A DNA stretch of 8,495 nucleotides from Octopus sinensis. Taxonomy: Eukaryota. The notes under the pieces are model-generated. The model had not been told where the DNA came from, ran no database searches, and saw only the letters and a program-made list of their open reading frames with translations. Every line of letters starts with the position of its first letter. The first letter of the stretch is position 1. The position numbers and the translations under genes were made by a program. The stretch lies in contig NW_021828429.1 in NCBI RefSeq assembly GCF_006345805.1, positions 1 to 8,495 on the forward strand, in the 5' to 3' direction. Positions 1-7,955 of this stretch are shown piece by piece.

Positions 1-14
1 AGCGGTGTGTACGT

Positions 15-250
15 GCCTGTACATACATATAGATATATGTAGTATGTATGTATGTATATATATATACACACACACGCATTAATACATATTACATATATAT
101 ATCTATGTATGTATGCATATATATTATGTATATATATACATATGTACATATACATACGCATACATATGCGTATATACGTTGTGGTGTATATATGTAAATA
201 TATTTATCTATCTATCTATCTATCTATCTATATCTATATATATATATATA

Positions 251-291
<41 letters not shown>

Positions 292-495
292 GCATGTATA
301 TATGTGGTGGCTGTACGCATTCCTCACTACATATATACGTAGGTACATATATGTGTGTGCGCATGAGCGTAAATATGCATGTATTATATGATATTATATT
401 ATATATTTTATCTATCTATCTATTTATCTATATATATACATACATATATAGATACATACATTACATACATAGATACATACATATGTACGTATTTT
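15..495. repeat. Compound microsatellite block (TA, TATG, TATC, TACA)
   Basis: Seen directly: (TATC)n at about 205-232, near-pure (TA)n at about 255-286, degenerate TATG/TACA units elsewhere. Confidence 0.95.
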
Positions 496-706
496 TATTA
501 TTTTCTTCTCTGTTACAGACGTCTTTTTTGCTCCAGTTCCTAAGACTTCTTTCACAACAATCTTTACGACATGAAGCAAAAAGTATTTCGGTAAAAACCG
601 AAAAGCTAATATAAAGATCACGCTTGAACTTCTTTTGTAATGAGTCTTCTAATGCAGGAAGTGTTTGCTTAATCTGCCTTCATGTTCGGATTAGCATACG
701 CAATAA

Positions 707-790
707 TACACACCCACACGCAGGTACACACTTATACACACACACACACACACACACTCATACACACAAGTTCACGCATACAAACACAGA
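707..790. repeat. (CA)n microsatellite
   Basis: Near-pure CA run at about 735-765 with degenerate flanks. Confidence 0.9.
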
Positions 791-1554
791 TGTATGTTTG
801 AAGTTTTTTTAAAGCCTATCCAATGTGAGTTATAAGAAATAAAAGAAAGCGGTAGTTTGTATTCTCTTGTTGTTTTTCAATATTTTGGGCTTAGGAGCTC
901 TTCTTCAGGATATCAGCGGAGATGTGAGCAGCTGACTTATCTGTTTCCTAGTGTTGTATGTGAAGTGTTTATTTGCGTGCGTGTCACGTCCTATAACTGT
1001 CTGTCTCTCTGCCTTTGTATGCTGTCACATATTGTGAGATTTTAAAATTACGTCAAAATTTCCAAATTTGGTATATTGAAATAATTCTACCCGTTAAATC
1101 CAATTTTGTTATTTCGTTATTTATTTGTTCCAGAACAGTTGCAGAAAAATGTACCTGGGATTTAATGTTTAATCAATTTTACCTAATCAGAAAACAGGAT
1201 TTAGAAGCTAGCATTTTCTGCATGGTAGATGTCAATCAGGAAATGAAAGCAAAATCATTAGGAGGAGGGATTTTTTTTTTATTAAACAAACCAAAGCAAA
1301 GCATAACGACAACCAAAGTTTAAGAACTTCTGAAATGTTAATGAATAAAGTCAAGTGAAACGGTCGAACAGATACGTAAGTAATTTAAAAAGGAAATAAA
1401 TTCTCAACGCATTTTTCTGGCGAAGAATTTCACAAATCTGCCCAAATTAAGAGACCCATCTGTTGGAGAAGTCATGTTTTGATATGGAATAAGTAAAAAT
1501 TTATACAAGATATTCTATTGTAAAAGATGCCTGGCAACGACGGGCTATTCAGCT

Positions 1555-1657
1555 AAGATATATATATATACACACACATACATACATACATACAAACGCA
1601 CACACACTCACACATAGCAGTGTGAGCACGCGCGTGTATGTGTACGTGTGTGTGTAC
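1555..1657. repeat. Mixed TA/CA/TACA/TG microsatellite
   Basis: Seen directly. Confidence 0.85.
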
Positions 1658-1741
1658 CAGGTTCCCATCAATGGATTAAAAGGGAATATAGACACAGATG
1701 GAGAGACAACCTGTGATTGAGTCCAAGACTTGATAAACGCC

Positions 1742-1868
1742 AAAACAAACAACAGCAACAATAATAACATCAACATCAATGATAGTAACAACAGCAGCAA
1801 CTACAACAAGAACAAAAAAAAAAATAAGAGGAACAACAACAACGATAACAAAAAACAAGACAAGAAGA
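1742..1868. repeat. Degenerate (AAC)n/(AGC)n/A-rich triplet tract
   Basis: Runs such as aacaacagcaacaataataacatcaac and aacaacaacaacg. Confidence 0.85.
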
Positions 1869-2048
1869 GCATTACCACTTCACTGACAATAGATGGAGGT
1901 GTATCATAAAAGTATGGAATCATTGTTTTGCAATAAAGTTGGAGCGTGGATATTATTTAATATTTTCGTAGTTGGCGGCTATGGACGTCCATCAAAACCT
2001 TTTATTTGTTACGTTTGATAAACACAAGATGATATTAAATGCAATGGA

Positions 2049-2055
2049 TACACAG

Positions 2056-2091
<36 letters not shown>

Positions 2092-2444
2092 TACATATAT
2101 AATGTATATATGTAATATATAATATATATATATACATATACACACATGTATGTATATATGTATGTGTTTATGTTTGTGTGCATATATGTATTAATAGATG
2201 CATATAGATGCATATGTTTGTGTGTCTATGAATATGCATGTGTGTGTGAGTGTGTGTGCACGCATGCGAGTATCGAATATCATTGTACGACTCATCAACG
2301 CATGAAATCCTTACACATGAACACACACAAATACACACAAACACACACGCATTCACACACATACATATACACACGCATAGATCGAATTTTAATAAATCTT
2401 CTAACATCCCTAAAGTGCTTACAAGAAAGTTATAAGTATGTGTG

Positions 2445-2476
<32 letters not shown>

Positions 2477-2541
2477 CGTGTGTGTGTGTGTGTGTCAGTG
2501 TATGTGTGCGTATGTGCCACGTGCGTCTGAGTGTATGCATT

Positions 2542-2577
<36 letters not shown>

Positions 2578-2664
2578 TGTGTACTACTTATATACGGGTA
2601 TGCATTATTTATATTCATATGTATATGTATATATAAATATATAGTTACACAAATGTGTGTGTTA

Positions 2665-2696
<32 letters not shown>

Positions 2697-2720
2697 GCAT
2701 ATGTGTGTGTGTGTGTATTT
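2049..2720. repeat. Compound CA/TA/TG microsatellite block
   Basis: (CA)n at about 2057-2081, (TG)n at about 2455-2495 and 2650-2716, (TA)n at about 2545-2573. Confidence 0.95.
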
Positions 2721-2872
2721 CTGTGCATGATTACACTGTGTACTGTCCTGTACAGAGTCGTATTTGCAAAGATACGATGAAGAAGAATAGGTGAGAGGAG
2801 AGACAGAGAGAAAGAAGGGTTGGAGAATGGATGAATGAGATGGTGAGAGGAGATGGAGATCAGACGAGATGG

Positions 2873-2935
2873 ACACACACACACACACACGCATATATAT
2901 ACATATATATATACATATATATATAATTATATATA

Positions 2936-2978
<43 letters not shown>
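2873..2978. repeat. (CA)n-(TA)n-(GA)n compound microsatellite
   Basis: Pure (GA)n at 2940-2978 preceded by CA and TA runs. Confidence 0.95.
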
Positions 2979-2986
<8 letters not shown>

Positions 2987-3384
2987 AGAGAAACAAGAAG
3001 AGGGTGAGAAAGTGATTGGTTGTCGAATGAAAACACTGTATGAAGAGTCTTCAATATTCCTTCACATGACTGGATGGAATTAGAAGACTGGAATCATCGC
3101 ACCATTTACCATTTTTTAAATCTACAAACATTAATAATATCTTCTTGACGTTTCTCCATAATAATTCCTCTTCTTACCTTTCAGGGACTCAGTTTTTAAT
3201 TAAAGATTTTTGTTGTTGTTGTTTTTTTGCTTTGTTTTTGGTTTTCGTTTCGTAGTTTTTTTGTTCTTTTCTTCGTTCTTCTTTGCTCTTCTTCTTGGTT
3301 CTCCGCTCTTACATGTCTTTCAGCATTCTCTCCAATCTGACTCCTCTCTTTCTTTTTCTCTCTCCCCGCCTCCCCATCTTTCTT

Positions 3385-3386
<2 letters not shown>

Positions 3387-3418
<32 letters not shown>

Positions 3419-3568
3419 ACATCGTCACATCATCATAATCATCACCTTACCATCATCGTCACTAGCAACATTGAATTTACCACCACCACCACCACAACAA
3501 CCACTACCACCACCATCATCATCATCATCATCATCATTATCTTCATCATCAATATCATCATCATCACT

Positions 3569-3602
<34 letters not shown>

Positions 3603-3625
3603 CCATCATCAATATCATCATCACT

Positions 3626-3665
<40 letters not shown>

Positions 3666-3682
3666 ATATCATCATCATCACT

Positions 3683-3722
<40 letters not shown>

Positions 3723-3753
3723 CTATCATCATCATCAAAATCGACATCATCAT
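3387..3753. repeat. (CAT)n trinucleotide tract with (CAC)n inserts and higher-order periodicity
   Basis: About 367 nt of CAT triplets. The variant CAATAT recurs at 3550, 3610 and 3664; CACTAT recurs at 3565, 3622, 3679 and 3721. Confidence 0.97.
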
Positions 3754-3950
3754 CTCTCACTCTCCTGCGCTCTCAGTTTCTCAATCTCATTTCCTCTTTA
3801 TCATATCTCCCTCTCTATGTCTGTCTCGATTTGGTTGTCTCTCTCTCTCTCTTCCCCTTTCTCTTTCCTCTCTTTATTTCTCTCTATACAACATCTCTAT
3901 CTCCCCTCCCTCCCTCTCTCCCTCGCGCTCTCCCTTTACACCTCGTCACA
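3754..3950. repeat. CT-rich polypyrimidine low-complexity tract
   Basis: Strong pyrimidine bias on the + strand with degenerate CT units. Confidence 0.8.
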
Positions 3951-4117
3951 GACACCTGTCTTCATGTTAGCCTTCTTTGTCCCATATCTTCCTCAAACTC
4001 AATTCTTATTGACCTCTCCATTATTTTTTCTTCGATTTACAAATCTACAACAGAAAGATATTGTCTTCTATAATCGGTTGTTCCATCAACATCAAAAGAA
4101 TCGTGGATAATACGTTA

Positions 4118-4740
4118 TTTGTGTGTATATATATGCGTATATGTGTGTGTATGTATATGTATATATATATATGTACTATATATATATATATGTGTGTTGT
4201 GTGACTGCATATTATATAATATATATATATACATATATATATGCGAGTATAGGTATGTATATATATAATTGTATATGTGTGTATGTGCATATATCTATAC
4301 ATACTTACATATATATATATATGTGTGTGTGTATATATATACATATATATATACATGCATGTATGCACGATTATAAATATATATGTATATAAATGTATGT
4401 GTGCATGTGTGTATGTATATATATCTATATCTATACATACATATATATGTGCGTATATATATATATATAATTATGTATATATATATATGTATATGTATAC
4501 ATACATACATAAATATATATGTATGTGTGTGTGTGTGTGTGTGTGTGCATGTATGTATATAAACATTCAAAGAACAGAAACAGATACTTATATCTGTATA
4601 TAACCATATGTACACTCAATATATACGTACAGAAACACGCTACATACACCCTTATACACACTTACACACACATATCTATCTATCTATACATTAATACATT
4701 AATATATGTATGCATATATATACATATATATATATTGTTA
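4118..4740. repeat. Compound TA/TG/TACA microsatellite block
   Basis: Seen directly; includes (TG)n at about 4524-4546. Confidence 0.95.
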
Positions 4741-5197
4741 TATTTCGGAATGGTCATATAACAATATCTGTTTCAACACACGACTTCACATAAAAAATCT
4801 TGCACAACAAATATATATATAGTATATAGTATATATTCTGCAAATCCACATTATAGGTTGGGCCGGGTTTAACGGGTTTGTATTTAATATATTCACATAT
4901 ATATATTTTTTCCAATGATCTCCGACACATTGCAATCTGCTCCTATTCGGAAAAGTGTTGACTTCCCTTTGTCAGATGAACATAAAAAGAAGGACTGACA
5001 TGAAAGCGCTCCGTGATATTTAGACATTGGTATTAGACTTCAATAAGATAAAAAGACCAGGCGAAGCCATGGATGCTTCGTTGAGAAGCACAATTGTAGA
5101 CTCGGCATTTTACTTTCACTTTCACTTGGAGGTACCTGGCATGCGTATCCCGGAGCCGATCAGCAACTTAGTAGACAGAAACTCTGCAGAGGAACGT

Positions 5198-5199
5198 TG

Positions 5200-5236
<37 letters not shown>
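5198..5236. repeat. (TG)n microsatellite
   Basis: Seen directly, immediately upstream of SINE copy 1. Confidence 0.95.
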
Positions 5237-5239
<3 letters not shown>

Positions 5240-5256
5240 CATACACATATATGTAT

Positions 5257-5645
5257 GTGGAGGCACAATGGCCCAGTGGTTAGGGCAGCGGACTCGCGGT
5301 CATAGGATCGCGGTTTCGATTCCCAGACCGGGCGTTTTGATTGTTTATTGAGCGAAAACACCTAAGAGTTCCACGAGGCTCCGGCAGGGGATGGTGGTGA
5401 TCCCTGCTGTACTCTTTCACCACAAATATCTCTCACTCTTACTTCCTGTTTCTGTTGTACCTGTATTTCAAAGGGCCGGCCTTGTCACTCTCTGTGTCAC
5501 GCTGAATATCCCCGAGAACTACGTTAAGGGTACACGTGTCTGTGGAGTGCTCAGCCACTTACACGTTAATTTCACGAGCACGCTGTTCCGTTGATTCGGA
5601 TCAACCGGAACCCTCGTCGTCGCAACCGACGGAGTGCATCCCATC
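5257..5645 (+). mobile_element. Full-length tRNA-derived SINE (copy 1), resembling the octopus tRNA-Arg-derived OR-type SINEs
   Basis: Seen: Pol III A box TGGCCCAGTGG (5269-5279), B-box-like GGTTTCGATTCCC (5312-5324), a segment of about 148 nt shared with 6909-7055, two 3' hairpins (5585-5611, 5613-5634), and a flanking 13-nt direct repeat CACATATATGTAT (5244-5256 and 5646-5658). The family name is from memory and unverified. Confidence 0.9.
5269..5324 (+). promoter_or_regulatory. Internal type-2 RNA polymerase III promoter (A and B boxes) of the SINE head
   Basis: The A box matches TRGCNNARYGG. The B box deviates from GTTCGANNC by one T, a variant shared with the second copy (6918-6930). 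Spacing is tRNA-like. Confidence 0.8.
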
Positions 5646-5708
5646 CACATATATGTATATGCGTTTGTGTGTATATGTATATGTGAAGGTATGTATGTAC
5701 CAGTTTCT

Positions 5709-5993
5709 GTAGTTGTGGTGCAAGATTCTTAATATGAAATCGTGTGTTGAAACAAATATTCTTATATTTAAAGATGGTCATCTTTCGCCAATGAACACAC
5801 TCATTATTTATTTGTCCTTCACACAATTTCTCAAATCTTTGTATGCTATACATACGTCCCTTCCTTTTCAGTGTATTCCGTGTGTACTTACTTTCCTTCA
5901 CTTTTTCTTTTTTTTTTATCATTTTATTATATGTAAAGGGGGACAATACAAATATTGTCCCCCTTATCCTTCACCCTTCTGGCAAATAAATGA

Positions 5994-5995
<2 letters not shown>
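5709..5995 (+). mobile_element. Probable 3' UTR of a non-LTR retrotransposon (possibly a second R4/Dong-type family), 5'-truncated
   Basis: Seen: unique sequence with a T-rich tract, a perfect 13-bp terminal hairpin (5936-5965) and AATAAA, running directly into (TAA)25. Inference: this is a LINE 3'-end architecture, and TAG at 5710-5712 may be the ORF stop. No coding sequence is retained to confirm the clade. Confidence 0.5.
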
Positions 5996-6037
<42 letters not shown>

Positions 6038-6039
6038 TA

Positions 6040-6070
<31 letters not shown>

Positions 6071-6106
6071 TTATTATTATTATTGTTGTTGTTATTGTTA
6101 TTATTA

Positions 6107-6140
<34 letters not shown>

Positions 6141-6167
6141 CTGTTATTGTTATTATTGTTGTTATTA

Positions 6168-6209
<42 letters not shown>

Positions 6210-6247
6210 CATTATTATTATTATTATTATTATTATCATTATTATTA

Positions 6248-6288
<41 letters not shown>

Positions 6289-6292
6289 ATTT

Positions 6293-6346
<54 letters not shown>
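5996..6346. repeat. (TAA)25 abutting about 276 nt of interrupted (TTA)n, forming an inverted repeat centred at 6070/6071
   Basis: Seen directly: ...aataataa|ttattatt... The TAA arm has two variant units; the TTA arm has TTG and TCA variants. Confidence 0.97.
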
Positions 6347-6347
<1 letters not shown>

Positions 6348-6349
<2 letters not shown>

Positions 6350-6824
6350 GAAAACTCACAGTTTATTTTGCTGGGTATCATGGAAAGTGTCACCTGTCCA
6401 CAGCCAGCAAACTAATGTGACACTTGTTTACTGGTCATGCTTCAAGAACCCTGCGAAGAATTCTTGCAGTTCCAAGCAATGCTGATTTTTGTAGGTGTTC
6501 TACCCTCACACTTGCACCGATCTTTTTTCCGCCATGCTGGTAGTTGAGTGCTGATACTTCCAAGTGCACCAATTACTATTGGTATCATGTCTACTCTCTT
6601 CATTGACCACAACCTTCGTATTTCCCACCTTAAATCATCATAGTTGTTTATTTTTTCTTCCTCTCTCACATTGATCCTGCTGTCACCGGGACATGCTATA
6701 TAGGTTACCATACATGTTCTGTCTTTTTATTCACCACAACAATGTCCGGTTTCCGATGTCTAGTCTGGTGATCGCACTTGATCATTGCATCCTACAGGGT
6801 TTTGCAATTCTCATTGGATTCTAA
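6348..6824 (-). mobile_element. 5'-truncated, decayed R4/Dong-clade non-LTR retrotransposon: restriction-like endonuclease (RLE) C-terminus plus 3' UTR, ending in a (TAA)n tail
   Basis: Hand reconstruction gives LESNENCKTL*DAMIKCDHQTRHRKPDIVVVNK/DRTCMVTYIACPGDSRINVREEEKINNYDDLRWEIRRLWSMKRVDMIPIVIGALGSISTQLPAWRK/IGASVRVEHLQKSALLGTARILRRVLEA*. It shows the RLE PD motif, PIVIGALG, and the R4-clade terminal LQKSALLGTARILRRVL. Stop is at 6437-6435; the 3' UTR is about 87 nt. Established knowledge: Dong elements associate with TAA repeats. Confidence 0.92.
6435..6824 (-). pseudogene. Disrupted RLE endonuclease reading frame of the R4/Dong element
   Basis: In-frame TAG at 6794-6792 where Trp is expected, a -1 frameshift in the A-run at 6728-6724, and a +1 frameshift in the A-run at 6528-6523. 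The second catalytic Asp appears as Tyr (TAT at 6702-6700, one change from GAT), and KY appears as NY. Confidence 0.88.
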
Positions 6825-6881
6825 TGGCGCAGGGACCCACTTGCTATCAGGTAAGCTGACAACCTGGCCAGTCCGCCACTG
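6825..6881 (-). mobile_element. Possible single terminus of a DNA transposon or MITE (CAGTGGCGGACTGGCC...)
   Basis: A 57-nt GC-rich segment that starts CAG on the minus strand and abuts (TA)n. It resembles hAT-type termini by recollection only. No partner terminus or TSD was found in the window. Confidence 0.3.
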
Positions 6882-6906
6882 TATATATATATATATATAT
6901 ATATAT
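6882..6906. repeat. (TA)n microsatellite
   Basis: Pure TA run separating the preceding fragment from SINE copy 2. Confidence 0.95.
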
Positions 6907-7130
6907 CGTAGGATCGCGGTTTCGATTCCCAGACCGGGTGTTGTGAGTGTTTATTGAGCGAAAACACCTAAAGCTTCACGAGGCTCCGGCAGGGTGGTGG
7001 TGGCGATCCCTGCAGTACTCTTTCGCCACAACTTTCTCTCACTCTTTCTTCTGTTGGCCTGCTCGCTTAGCCAGCAGGGTGGCGTCATTGTGACCAGCGA
7101 TGTATAACAACATCTGACAGCCTGGTCGGC
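6906..7130 (+). mobile_element. 5'-truncated tRNA-derived SINE (copy 2) with the same head and core as copy 1 but a different tail
   Basis: 6909-7055 aligns to 5303-5450 with about 15 differences by hand (about 90% identity). The B box is retained (6918-6930) and the A box is lost. The tail at 7056-7130 is unrelated to that of copy 1 and folds (GACCAG/CTGGTC enclosing GATGT/ACATC). Confidence 0.9.
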
Positions 7131-7412
7131 TATATATACGTATACACACACATATATATATATATGTAATATCCAAAACTCTTGCGTACTGCCCTTCCGT
7201 CAAAATATGGACCCTCGTCGTAGTAGTTAGCTTAGTTAGAGATAGAAGTAAAATCTAATTGAAAATCTCATTTGCCTTGAATTCTTGCCCCGGCGGTTTG
7301 TTGGATAAATATGGTACGGGACCAACACTGTCTGGAAAACCAAAGAAGGATAGACCAAAGCTGGAATGTCGTTTATCCTTGATTTGTTTAATCTATTCTG
7401 ACTTGTTGCTAT

Positions 7413-7415
<3 letters not shown>

Positions 7416-7460
<45 letters not shown>

Positions 7461-7522
7461 TTATCTAGATCTATTTAACTATCAATCTGTGTATATAGAT
7501 ATGTGTATCTCTACATCATATG

Positions 7523-7570
<48 letters not shown>

Positions 7571-7828
7571 TATATATATTACACAAATATATCCGCATTC
7601 ATTCACTCACTTATAGATATAAATATACACACATCTACCCATCCATACATATGTATATACATACATCTCTCTCTTCCTCTCTCTCTCTCTGTATGTCTCT
7701 GTCTCTATCTCTCTCCCTCTCACTATATATATATATATATACATATTTATATATACGTACACATATATACATATAGGCATATCAATACAAATATGTGCAT
7801 ATATATGGACACAGACACACACATATAA

Positions 7829-7864
<36 letters not shown>

Positions 7865-7955
7865 TATATATATATACATATATATATAAATATAGGTATG
7901 TTTATATATACGCATATGCATATATATTTGTATCTAGGCATATATGCTTGTATGT
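7416..7955. repeat. Compound (TC)n/(TA)n/TATC microsatellite block
   Basis: Pure (TC)n at 7416-7450, (TA)n at about 7526-7563, degenerate TC at about 7665-7720, TA-rich to about 7955. Confidence 0.95.

Noticed and set aside
1350-3185. Strong donor-like sites GTAAGT (1376, +) and AG|GTAAG (3177, -)
   Set aside because: All three upstream frames contain nearby stops and no good acceptor is evident. They are unsupported without RNA data.
3425-3760. Poly-Asp ORF on the minus strand resembling acidic biomineral proteins such as aspein; also the poly-Ser/His ORF 3210-4073
   Set aside because: Asp is encoded almost only by GAT with no synonymous variation, and there is no signal peptide or flanking domain. 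A (CAT)n microsatellite explains it fully.
52-4761. Many Y/I/V/C/H/T-rich ORFs
   Set aside because: These are translations of TA, TG, CA and GA microsatellites, which lack stops in some frames. The same applies to ORFs at 7489-8025.
5027-5305. 92-aa ORF with a complex N-terminal half
   Set aside because: No recognisable motif, an upstream in-frame stop, and it runs through (TG)n into the SINE. Splice-like sites on both strands are weak.
5257-5335. Functional tRNA gene
   Set aside because: The acceptor and T stems do not pair properly, and the sequence continues into a repeated SINE body.
5572-5946. 124-aa minus-strand ORF
   Set aside because: It is antisense to the probable LINE 3' UTR and the SINE tail, with no recognisable domain.
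5936-5965. Rho-independent terminator
   Set aside because: The context is eukaryotic and there is no downstream U-tract.
5713-6415. Poly-Ile, poly-Asn and poly-Leu ORFs
   Set aside because: Translations of the TAA/TTA tract.
6360-6425. Active HDV-like ribozyme on either strand
   Set aside because: On the minus strand L3 is only 4 nt, and there is no UCC/GG P1.1 or C-N-A-A J4/2. On the plus strand a CUAAU precedes the last stem and a UCC loop exists, but no GG follows P1 and the registers conflict. Retained only as a pseudoknot.
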